Below the pieces are notes generated by a model. It was not told where the DNA came from. It saw only the letters and a list, made by a program, of their open reading frames with translations, and did no database searches. Shown piece after piece: positions 50,638-59,854 of a stretch of DNA of 64,000 nt (the first letter of the stretch is position 1; each line of letters begins with the position of its first letter). Position numbers and translations under genes: made by a program. The stretch lies in contig CBDBGZ010000009.1 in assembly GCA_965205425.1 (NCBI GenBank), positions 1,056,001 through 1,120,000 on the forward strand, written 5' to 3'. This DNA is from Nitrosopumilus sp. Lineage in GTDB: Archaea; Thermoproteota; Nitrososphaeria; Nitrososphaerales; Nitrosopumilaceae.

Positions 50638-52902
50638 TTATCTATTTCTCAAAACATTGAGTGCAGAGCCAGACTTGAACCATTCAATTTGTGAATTATT
50701 GTATGAATGATTTAGCATAATTTCATCTTTGCTTCCATCATAATGTGAGATGATACATTTGACTTGTTTGTCGGGTTGAATATCATTTAGACCAAGTAAA
50801 CTAATTTTATCATCTTCTAAAATTTTTTCATAATCATCAGGATTACTAAATGTTAAAGCTAAGATGCCTTGCTTTTTCAAATTTGTTTCATGAATTCTTG
50901 CCAAACTTTTTGTAATTACTGCTGCACATCCTAAATAACGAGGAGACATTGCAGCATGTTCTCTACTACTACCCTCTCCATAATTTTTGTCACCAATTAT
51001 TACCCATCTCATTTGATTTTCTTTGTATTGTCTTGCAATGCTTGAAAAAGATTCAATGTTATTATTTAGAAAGTTCTTGCCTTCTCCTACTTTATCATTA
51101 AATGCATTTACTGCTCCTAACAGCATATTATCACTTAGATTATCCAAGTGACCACGTAACGATAGCCATGCGCCGGCTGGAGAAATGTGATCAGTAGTAC
51201 ATTTACCTTTAGCTTTTACCATAATTGGAATTTCTTCAAAATCTTTACCATCCCACTTTGAAAATGGCTCTAAACGTTGTAGTCTCTTACTATTTGGATC
51301 AATTAAGACTTCAACATCATCAGAATTGGAAGGAGGGGTAACAAAGATACCTTCAGGTCTCATGAAACCTTCTTCAGGTACTTCTGGTGCAGATTTTGGA
51401 GGTTCAAGTTTGAATTTTGTTCCATCAGATGCAATTAGATCATCCTTTAATGGATTAAATGATAGTTTTCCACCTAATGCTAATGCAATAATCATTTCAG
51501 GACTGCCAATAAAATTAAGGGTATTTCTACGTCCATCATTTCGTCCTGGGAAATTTCTGTTAAATGTTGTAACAATAGTATTTTGTTGATCATTTTCTAG
51601 TTCTGGTCTATTCCATTGTCCAATACAAGGACCACATGCATTTGCTAATACTGTTGCACCAATATCTTTTAGAGAATCCATTTGTCCATCCCGCTCTATA
51701 GTTCCACGAATTTGTTCAGAGCCAGGAGTAACAAGTAAAGGAATTTTTGCTTTAATACCCTTGGCTTTTGCTTGTTCAGCTATACTTGCTGCTCTTGACA
51801 TGTCTTCATATGATGAATTGGTACAGCTCCCCATCAAAGCAACAGAAATTGGATCAACATAGTCTTTTGATACTACATCATCAGATAATTCTGAAATGGT
51901 TCTTGCCAAATCAGGAGTATGAGGCCCAACAATATGTGGTTCTAATGTTGAAAGATTAATTTCAATTACTCTATCAAAGAATTTTTCAGGGTTAGATTCA
52001 ACTTCAGAATCTGCAACAAGTGATTCTTTATTTTGATTTGCTAATTCAGCAATGTTCTCTCTGTTTGTATATTTTAGATAGGTTTCCATTCGTTCATCAT
52101 ATGGAAAGATAGAACATGTTGCTCCAATTTCAGCTCCCATGTTAGTTATTGTTGCTTTTCCTGTACAACTGATATATTTTGTTCCAGATCCAAAGTATTC
52201 AACAATTGCATTTGTACCCCCAGATACTGTTAATTCATCAGCAACTTTCAAAATGATATCTTTAGGTGCTGTCCATCCATTAAGTTCTCCAGTAAGTTTA
52301 ACACCTATTCTTTTAGGATAAAGTAATTCCCAAGGCATACCAGCCATAGTTTCAGCAGCATCTAATCCACCAACACCAATAGCAATCATGCCAAGACCTC
52401 CAGCATTTGGAGTATGAGAATCTGTACCAATCATTAATCCACCAGGGAATGCATAATTTTCAAGAACAACTTGATGAATAATTCCTGCACCAGGTTTCCA
52501 AAATCCACATCCATATTTTGCGCAAGCTGATTGAAGGAATTTGAAAACTTCACTATTTTCATCAAGAGAAACTTTCATGTCAATGTCTCCTTGAACTTCT
52601 GCTCTAATGAGATGATCACAATGTACAGTTGTAGGTAAAGATGTTTGTTTGAGTCCTGCTTGCATAAATTGAAGCATCACCATTTGACCTGTAACATCTT
52701 GTAATGCAACTCTATCTGGTTTTAAAAATACATAATCTTTACCACCTGAATATTCAGTCTCATCAATATTGTTAAAATGACCAGATAAGATTTTCTCAGT
52801 TAAAGTTAATGGTCTTCCTACAACATTTCGATATTTTACAATATTTTCTTTTAATTTTAAATAAACATTAGAAACAAGTTCAGAAGTTGTATCAGTTTCC
52901 AC
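50638..52902 (-). CDS. Aconitate hydratase (mitochondrial-type)
   Basis: HCDHLI, DSHT, GSCTN, CGPCIG, TTDHISPAG, GSSREHAA. Confidence 0.96.
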   Translation of the reverse strand: METDTTSELVSNVYLKLKENIVKYRNVVGRPLTLTEKILSGHFNNIDETEYSGGKDYVFLKPDRVALQDVTGQMVMLQFMQAGLKQTSLPTTVHCDHLIRAEVQGDIDMKVSLDENSEVFKFLQSACAKYGCGFWKPGAGIIHQVVLENYAFPGGLMIGTDSHTPNAGGLGMIAIGVGGLDAAETMAGMPWELLYPKRIGVKLTGELNGWTAPKDIILKVADELTVSGGTNAIVEYFGSGTKYISCTGKATITNMGAEIGATCSIFPYDERMETYLKYTNRENIAELANQNKESLVADSEVESNPEKFFDRVIEINLSTLEPHIVGPHTPDLARTISELSDDVVSKDYVDPISVALMGSCTNSSYEDMSRAASIAEQAKAKGIKAKIPLLVTPGSEQIRGTIERDGQMDSLKDIGATVLANACGPCIGQWNRPELENDQQNTIVTTFNRNFPGRNDGRRNTLNFIGSPEMIIALALGGKLSFNPLKDDLIASDGTKFKLEPPKSAPEVPEEGFMRPEGIFVTPPSNSDDVEVLIDPNSKRLQRLEPFSKWDGKDFEEIPIMVKAKGKCTTDHISPAGAWLSLRGHLDNLSDNMLLGAVNAFNDKVGEGKNFLNNNIESFSSIARQYKENQMRWVIIGDKNYGEGSSREHAAMSPRYLGCAAVITKSLARIHETNLKKQGILALTFSNPDDYEKILEDDKISLLGLNDIQPDKQVKCIISHYDGSKDEIMLNHSYNNSQIEWFKSGSALNVLRNR

Positions 52903-53057
52903 AATATGCGAAGAATTAATCCCGAATTTAATATTTACAATTAAAAAATTAAAGAAATTCTTTCAACAGGCATGTTAATTCTCAACAATTATAAGCCAAA
53001 AGCAGCTTTTTAATGCAGTGTTGGGGAGTTGCAAATTTTCTAAATTGAGGTATAATT

Positions 53058-53690
53058 ATGGTCAATAAGGGATTTCCAAAGTTTGGCATGTCACAAGCAG
53101 GAGCATTTGTTGCTGCTCTTAAAAATTACAATTTACCAGATTTTATTTTAGTATTAGTTGCAAAAGAATGCAAATCAGAACTTCTTGAAAGAGGAAGAAT
53201 TGATGATAGATTACAAAGTATGAATGATGATGCCTTAGAATTGCTGCATAAAGTTTTTGTCGGATGTGAAGAAGATGCTGCAGGAAAATATGCTCAATAC
53301 AGATTCTTTGCATATGTATCTAGCATGTATCACAAATGTGAAGTAATTGTTAATGATACAATTCCTGGTGCAACTGGTAAAAATCACAAAGTTCCAGTTG
53401 CAGTAAAAAATAATGGTATGTATATTGCAGTTGCATATAACAAAGCAACTGGAAATCCTGTAAATAAAAAAGAGACAACTAGATTTTATGATATGGTAGA
53501 TGATATCAAAAAAGGTGATCATGGAACAATGTTAACTGATGGAATTTATGGTTCTTCAGTTGGATTTAGAGGAGATGCACTAGTAGAACTTGAAACATTA
53601 AGTAAATCAAGAAATGATGATCCTGAAAATAAATTAGATTTCAAAACTGCAAATTTTGAAAATAATATTTACTCAGTTACAAAATGTTAA
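53058..53690 (+). CDS. Hypothetical protein, possibly degenerate restriction-endonuclease-like fold
   Basis: IPGATGKNHKVPVAV resembles the G-x-S-G-x-x-H-x-x-D motif of Mrr-like domains but lacks the Asp. Confidence 0.65.
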   Translation: MVNKGFPKFGMSQAGAFVAALKNYNLPDFILVLVAKECKSELLERGRIDDRLQSMNDDALELLHKVFVGCEEDAAGKYAQYRFFAYVSSMYHKCEVIVNDTIPGATGKNHKVPVAVKNNGMYIAVAYNKATGNPVNKKETTRFYDMVDDIKKGDHGTMLTDGIYGSSVGFRGDALVELETLSKSRNDDPENKLDFKTANFENNIYSVTKC

Positions 53691-53846
53691 CTGTAAAAAT
53701 TTTAGGTGATTATCAATTATTCACCACCAACACATAATCTAACAATAATGAGAAAGTATCTTCCATCTCTGTTGTTGTATCTCCACTCCATCTCTTTGAT
53801 GTATAACAAGAAGTTATCTGGACTTACACCATGATGCTTTGCCATG

Positions 53847-54817
53847 GGCCTTGTAGAAACCATCTGATTTTAACCCAATTGTGATACATTTTAGCTAATT
53901 TAGATCCATTAGGATTGTATTTGCAGATTACAGTATGGTCTCATCATACGTCAAAATGTGCAAAACACTACTCAATATAATCACCAGATGCAGAATTCCC
54001 AGGTTCTTACATCCAAAATCAAATCATATCTATTCTGTTTGGACACATCTCATACTCTTGGCAATACGACAGTACGAATCAAAGAGTTATAGAAGATTTA
54101 CAGAATTTTTAGAAGAATGTGTAGGAATTCAGGAATATCTTGGTTTGTCTACCATTCCACATTACACCACACTACAAAAGGCAGCTGCAAGACTGGAAGG
54201 AAATCTGTTACATAAAATGTTGCAGGAATTCATTTTGTACAAAAAAGTCAGACTGGTTCTAGCTGGAATTGATGGTAGCGGATTCAGTTACAGTACAGCA
54301 TCATACTATTATACAAAAAGAGTACAGTTACGCAGGAATTTCCTAAAAGTTGTTGTTTGTGCTGACATGAATACACAGCTTGTTTGCTGTGTCATGACAC
54401 ACCACAACATGCAACATGATAATCCTGATTTTCTGCCATTGTTGTACAAAACCAACAATATTGTTCCAGTTGATATTGTGTTAGGTGACATGGGTTTTGA
54501 TGATGAGAATAACCATGTTGGTGCAGAACAGATCAACACAGCTGCAATGATTCCAACTCGATATAGAACAGTTCCAATTTACAGAACCAGTGGAATTCAC
54601 AGAAAGGAGATGAAGAGGAACTTTCCTGTACAATTGTACCATCAGAGAAACAAATCTGAAACAATCTTTTTTGTGATCAAACAGATAATGTCAGGAGATG
54701 TCACATCAAGAAATGTTACAACTCAGGACAATGAGATGTTGTACAGGTTAATTGCATACAATGCTTACAGGATTAGAAAATTAGATTTTGTTATTTTATT
54801 ATGGTTTCTACAAGGCC
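53847..54817 (+). mobile_element. IS5-family element A (971 bp)
   Basis: 17-bp perfect TIR GGCCTTGTAGAAACCAT; 9-bp TSD TTTGCCATG at 53838-53846 and 54818-54826. Confidence 0.93.
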
Positions 54818-54909
54818 TTTGCCATGTTCTCTTTTGCAAAACTCCAAAACCCTTCGATTCCATTTATGTACACATCACCACTCCCAAACATCTTGCTGTG
54901 GTCTATTGA
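53935..54909 (+). CDS. DDE transposase (IS5/IS4 superfamily); reads through the right TIR
   Basis: PHYTTL, IDGSG, GDMGFD, YHQRNKSET. Confidence 0.92.
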   Translation: MVSSYVKMCKTLLNIITRCRIPRFLHPKSNHIYSVWTHLILLAIRQYESKSYRRFTEFLEECVGIQEYLGLSTIPHYTTLQKAAARLEGNLLHKMLQEFILYKKVRLVLAGIDGSGFSYSTASYYYTKRVQLRRNFLKVVVCADMNTQLVCCVMTHHNMQHDNPDFLPLLYKTNNIVPVDIVLGDMGFDDENNHVGAEQINTAAMIPTRYRTVPIYRTSGIHRKEMKRNFPVQLYHQRNKSETIFFVIKQIMSGDVTSRNVTTQDNEMLYRLIAYNAYRIRKLDFVILLWFLQGLCHVLFCKTPKPFDSIYVHITTPKHLAVVY

Positions 54910-55311
54910 GAGATGTTTGTAGGCGTTGAAAACTAGCGAATCATATCCTCTCCACTTGTCCGTATACACAATGCTTCCTTTCTTTACTTTCTTGATGGTG
55001 CTTGCAAGAAGAGTTTTAGCTTTGACATTGTTTACAATCTCAACGTGAACTTTTCCCTTTCTTTCCAGTATGCCAAATACGATGGTCTTGTTCTTGGCAC
55101 CTCTGCCACGATTTCCCTTTCTTTTTCCTCCAAAATAGTCGCCTCGTCAGCCTCAATTTCCCCTTTTAATTTCTTGTCTGATTCTGCCAAGTGATACAGT
55201 ATTGAATATCTGATACAATCAAATGCATTTAGTGCAAGTTGGATAACTGACATCTGCTTCTCTAACTGCACATCTTGCACTAATCCCAATATCAAATAAT
55301 TTGACTAGGGC

Positions 55312-56337
55312 GGGTGTGTCCTAAAAGTAGACAAATATAACAATTTTATTCAATTCTGTAACATATTGATCGCATGGAATCACAACAACTATGCAAAACA
55401 AATCAAAAAGAGACTGGCAAGTATATGGCACATATCGCAAGGATGAGGAGATTCTATTCTTGGAAAAAGTAAAGAAGACAGTTTGGAGTATGGATACACC
55501 ATGGGAACCAAAGACAGGCGGACGTCCTGCATTTCCAACAAAAGCAAAGATAATGTGTGCAATGCTAAAGGTAAAGTTTGGATTGGATTATCGTTCCATG
55601 GAGTCCCACTTGAGATCAAGGCCGGATCTGTTGGAAATAATGGAGCTCAAAAAAGCACCAAGCAAGACTGTCATTAATGACAGTCTAAAAAGAATTCCAA
55701 TGCCTTATTTGAAAAAGGTAAACGCAAAACTCACAGAACCAATCAAAAAAAAGACATAGCTCCTGACAGTTCAGGATTTGGTACCAAAAGATGTGAGGCT
55801 TGGTTTGACATCAAGACAAACACGCACAAATCCAAGAAATTATATCTAAAACTGCACATCCTAATTGCAATACAGTCCATGGCAATAGTATCTTTTGACA
55901 TTACTAAAGGAACTCGTGGTGATGCACCAATTCTCAAAAAATTAATCAAAGACATTCCAAAGGGAATTGGTGATTTTTGTGCAGATCCTGCATATTTGTC
56001 ACGAGACATTTGCAATATGGTAGCTACTCTGCAAAAGATACCATACATCAAACCAAAGAAGAACACAGTTAGAAATCCCAAAGGCTCTGCATCATGGAAA
56101 AAAATGATAACATTATTCCAGGACAATCAAGATGAATTTGACAGACATTATCACAAGAGGTCACTTGTTGAATCAGTATTTGCAGTACTCAAAAGAATCT
56201 TTGGAAATAGCTTGTCATCAAAAAACAAGTTGGTTCAAAGAAAAGAGTTGGCGTTGCGTGTAATTTGTTACAACATACGAGTTGTTAATTTGATGGGGGT
56301 TACAAAACATGTTAGAGGATAGTTTTAGGACACACCC
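55312..56337 (+). mobile_element. IS5-family element B (1026 bp)
   Basis: 15-bp TIR GGGTGTGTCCTAAAA; 9-bp TSD GACTAGGGC at 55303-55311 and 56338-56346. Confidence 0.93.
55391..56322 (+). CDS. DDE transposase in two ORFs joined at an A8G -1 slippery site
   Basis: ORF1 ends IKKKT; the -1 frame gives DIAPDSSGF...LKLH...ADPAY...YHKRSLVES. Confidence 0.85.
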
Positions 56338-56637
56338 GACTAGGGCCAACCATTTTGTAAAATTAATGTTGATGATATCAAACCATGTTCCAGCAAACGG
56401 TCTATAATCTGTCTTGCAATCTTTGCATCTTAGTTTCCCTCTTGAAATAATATAGTAATTCTCAGAGTTACATGATGAACAATGAATTGTGTTTTTCTTT
56501 TTGAATTGGTTGCAGAGAAATTCCAATGCAGTTGATTTGTTGTGAATTATTTTAGATAACTCAATTATGTTGATTGTTTTTTCCAATAATTACTCAAAAA
56601 TAGTTGGTGGTAATAGGTTTACAATCACCAAATTTTA

Positions 56638-57204
56638 TTATAGATTAAATTGTGAGGTATCCATTGTTAAAAACATGGGTTTGCCATCAGTTTTTTTAAA
56701 ATTTTCCCCATATTGTTCAAATTCTAATTGTTCAAAAAGATGTTTTGTCCACACATCATGAACTTCCTGAATGAATTTCTTATGTCCTTTAATTCTCAAC
56801 ATTTCGTGTAGTAATTCATGGGATACAGTAGTACAATTTTTTTCTGCAAGATACAAAGTATCATTAGATTCTTCTGGAGTTTGCCAAAATACCATTCCAA
56901 AGTTTTCAGCATGATATCCTTCACACGTACAATCAGTCCACCAAGGTTTGAAATGAGTTAGATAGAAATGAAAAGTGTCTTTTCCACGTTGTTCATGATC
57001 GCGTACAAGTGTGTGAGTATCAAGACGTTGAAGAATACTTCTAGGTGTTGTTATCATCTCATCACATTGAATTTCATATTCTTGGCCAAACTTTTCCTTT
57101 AGCCAAATTTGATAAAATTTACTCATTTTTTTAATATATTCAAATTCAAATTGTCGTTTTTCACGATCTTCTTCGGGTACTACAAAAATAAAATGTAGAA
57201 TCAT
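56638..57204 (-). CDS. Zincin-like hypothetical protein
   Basis: SHELLHE motif. Confidence 0.7.
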   Translation of the reverse strand: MILHFIFVVPEEDREKRQFEFEYIKKMSKFYQIWLKEKFGQEYEIQCDEMITTPRSILQRLDTHTLVRDHEQRGKDTFHFYLTHFKPWWTDCTCEGYHAENFGMVFWQTPEESNDTLYLAEKNCTTVSHELLHEMLRIKGHKKFIQEVHDVWTKHLFEQLEFEQYGENFKKTDGKPMFLTMDTSQFNL

Positions 57205-57222
57205 AATAAGAAAAAAGGGTGT

Positions 57223-57462
57223 TTATGTTTGACCTTCAATACCCATTAAGGTTAGAGTTGAACGAATCTTTTCAATTTTTCTGATTTTCCAAGTAATTGT
57301 TTCTCTAAGTTTTTCAACAGTATCAGATTCGATCTTGGCCAAAATATCGTATGCACCAAAAGTTCCATGAACTTCCTTAACACCTTCCAAGCCCTTTAGT
57401 TGCTGAATAATAGCTTCTTCAGAACCCAATTCACAGTTTATTAAAACATAAGCTGTTGCCAT
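57223..57462 (-). CDS. Lrp/AsnC ligand-binding domain protein
   Basis: AYVLINCELG, FGAYDILAK, STLTL. Confidence 0.9.
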   Translation of the reverse strand: MATAYVLINCELGSEEAIIQQLKGLEGVKEVHGTFGAYDILAKIESDTVEKLRETITWKIRKIEKIRSTLTLMGIEGQT

Positions 57463-57505
57463 ACAGAAATTAAATAAATCGACTATATCAATAAACCGAT
57501 TATTC

Positions 57506-57925
57506 TTAGTTTTGAGACATCTTTAGGATTGTATCCCAAATTGACTTAGGTACAGGCATTACAGATAATCTTGAAATTCTGATCAGTTCCCAATCTTTGA
57601 ATTTTTTCTCTTTTTTCATTTCATCAAGAGTTACTGGACGTTTTAATGATTTTTTGTATTTTACATCTACAACTATGAAACGTTCAACATCTTCTTTGGG
57701 ATTCGAATAAGGTTTTGAAGTTACTTGCATAATTCCTACGGCTTGTCTTTCATCACCTGTATGATAAAATAATACCAGATCTCCAGATTTCATTTCTCGC
57801 ATATGCTTTAGTGCAAGATTATTGTGAACACCATCCCAAACAGTTGTTTTTTCTTTTTTTAGTTGTTCAAAATTATAGCCTCGTGGACCACTTGGTTCTT
57901 GTTTTGCTAACCAATAATTTGTCAT
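57506..57925 (-). CDS. EVE domain protein
   Basis: YWLAKQEP, WDGV, GDLVLFYH, RLSVMPV. Confidence 0.93.
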   Translation of the reverse strand: MTNYWLAKQEPSGPRGYNFEQLKKEKTTVWDGVHNNLALKHMREMKSGDLVLFYHTGDERQAVGIMQVTSKPYSNPKEDVERFIVVDVKYKKSLKRPVTLDEMKKEKKFKDWELIRISRLSVMPVPKSIWDTILKMSQN

Positions 57926-57970
57926 TTCATTTTCTGTATAATTATCTGGGTTTAATGGTTTTGAAAATAG

Positions 57971-58160
57971 ATATGTTCCCCGGTTCTGACTCGCACAAAA
58001 TCATTGGTCATAGCCATACGCCTCCTCGCGTTCTAAAACCGGGGTTGCCCATAATGTAGCACACCTGGGTGAATTAGAAATCACTGGTATCATTACGATC
58101 GACTCATCCTAATCCGTCTGCATGCCTGCTCTTGGGCGATTAATTATGGAATTACTCCTA
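57971..58160 (-). ncRNA. Candidate structured ncRNA: two hairpins, 3' ACA (H/ACA-like)
   Basis: GC-rich intergenic island; stems GCCCA/TGGGC, GGATTAGGA/TTCTAATTC, CCCCGGTTTT/AGAACCGGGG followed by AACA. Confidence 0.6.
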
Positions 58161-58213
58161 CTAAAAACCATTAAGGGAATTATTTATCAAAAATGAATTT
58201 AGGATAAATGATT

Positions 58214-59854
58214 TTAATTTTTAAGAATAGAGTCAGATAATGATATTTCAAATCCTACTACAGGAACTCGAATTTTATAATTTTCTATAATTTTGGAATC
58301 AATTTTTCCAATAATTCCAATAGGTACATTATTCAAAAGAATTGATGCACAATGACCTTGTTCAAAAGTAGGATTAGTGGAAGTTTTTGTTTCAATTTTA
58401 ATTCCAAATCCAATATTCAATGCAGATTGAATAATAGATTTTATCTCAGTAAAATTTGCATCTTTATGAGCACTAATACCAGAAAAATTAATTTTTTCAC
58501 TAATTGGATTTTCAGTAGCAAAAACAGTTCCTGTTTCAAATATTTTTTGAGGATAAGATTCATGAATATTTTTTGAAAGATTTTCTAATAATCCAGGAAG
58601 TATAGTGTCACGTAAAATTGTATGTTCCTGACTTTTTGAATCTAATACAGAGATAATTTTTGTTGAATCTCTATTCGTCATATCATATAATACTCGTTTA
58701 CTAGTCAAACTTGAATTAACGGCTTCAAGATAACCTAATCCAATCATAGTTTTGTCTAATGATTTTATTTGTAGTGAGACAGGATTTATTTTTCCTATAG
58801 TTTGTGATGGAGACATAGTAGGTTCAAGATTTTGAATTCCATATCCCAAAGCAACTTCTTCTACTAAATCCATAGGTCCAAAAATATCAAATCTATATGC
58901 AGGAACTGTACAAATTATACTAAGTCCTTTAGATGTTGCATCTAAACGAGATTTTTTCAAACATGAAATAATTTTAGATGTTTTAAGATCCAATCCAAGT
59001 GTTTGATTGATTAATGAAGAATTAACAATAAGTTTTTTAGAATCAAGTTTTGGTGATGAATTTTTTGAGCCAGATATTTTTACTGATTCTAATGTAAATC
59101 CAGCACTTTGTAAAATTGTGGCTACAACTGCAAGCATGTCTTCAGCGTCTTCTTTATTGATTCCAGTTACCTCAACAAAGAGATTCTTTGTTTTAGTTGT
59201 AACAGTTGTGACTGCTGCATTGATAATTGGTGGGAAAGATACAGTATTTTGATCATTATCAACAATTAGAGGTACTTGAGATGATTGTCCAAGTAACGAA
59301 CCATAATCTTGCCCCACATCAGTATTTGTCAAAATTTTAGAAATAGAGATTTCTTCTTCAGAATTTAGAGGTACAAATTTGTGATTTCTATTTGTCGTAG
59401 TGTAGATTAGAGGAAATGAAACCTTATCCAAATCATGAATGCCAATTGAAGATTTTTTTCTTTTTCTTCCGATTCCGAAATGAAGATCTTCTTGCATGGT
59501 CATCAATTGCTTGATAGTTTTATCATCAATTTTTCCATTCTTTGCAACAATTCCAGTTACAAAAGGACGTATCTTAGAAACTCCAGACTTTACAGAAATT
59601 GAATATTTGTTTGATTTTTTTATATTGAATTTTACAGTTCCAGTTTTAATTCCAAGTAATCCTTGTAATCCAAGTGCAATTCCAAAATCAGTCGAGTAAT
59701 CAGGTCTATTTGGACTATATTCAATTCTAACTTGATCTTTATCTTCAGATTCTATGTCTAAACCGAGAAATGGTAAAGAATCAGAAATTTGTTTTTTTGA
59801 TACTTTGCCTACTAATTTTTGAAGGCGGGAATAAGATAATTCAACTACTGGCAT
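58214..59854 (-). CDS. pheT: Phenylalanine--tRNA ligase beta subunit
   Basis: PNRPD, RKKSSIGIHD, SFPPIIN, YRFDI...DLVEEVA. Confidence 0.95.
   Translation of the reverse strand: MPVVELSYSRLQKLVGKVSKKQISDSLPFLGLDIESEDKDQVRIEYSPNRPDYSTDFGIALGLQGLLGIKTGTVKFNIKKSNKYSISVKSGVSKIRPFVTGIVAKNGKIDDKTIKQLMTMQEDLHFGIGRKRKKSSIGIHDLDKVSFPLIYTTTNRNHKFVPLNSEEEISISKILTNTDVGQDYGSLLGQSSQVPLIVDNDQNTVSFPPIINAAVTTVTTKTKNLFVEVTGINKEDAEDMLAVVATILQSAGFTLESVKISGSKNSSPKLDSKKLIVNSSLINQTLGLDLKTSKIISCLKKSRLDATSKGLSIICTVPAYRFDIFGPMDLVEEVALGYGIQNLEPTMSPSQTIGKINPVSLQIKSLDKTMIGLGYLEAVNSSLTSKRVLYDMTNRDSTKIISVLDSKSQEHTILRDTILPGLLENLSKNIHESYPQKIFETGTVFATENPISEKINFSGISAHKDANFTEIKSIIQSALNIGFGIKIETKTSTNPTFEQGHCASILLNNVPIGIIGKIDSKIIENYKIRVPVVGFEISLSDSILKN

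Larger units (their letters stand above)
53705..56629 (-). mobile_element. IS1595 copy interrupted by two nested IS5-family elements
   Basis: Both TIRs present; 8-bp TSD AAATTTTA at 53697-53704 and 56630-56637; removing inserts and their duplications gives 910 bp. Confidence 0.95.

Noticed and set aside
57811..58059. 82-aa plus-strand ORF
   Set aside because: Overlaps the EVE gene antisense, has no motif, and the region is better explained as structured RNA.
57971..58160. 5S rRNA, SRP RNA or RNase P RNA
   Set aside because: I could not find their hallmark motifs (5S CCGAAC loop, SRP helix 8 GGAA/AGCA, RNase P GAGGAAAGUCC) on either strand; an Rfam scan is still needed.
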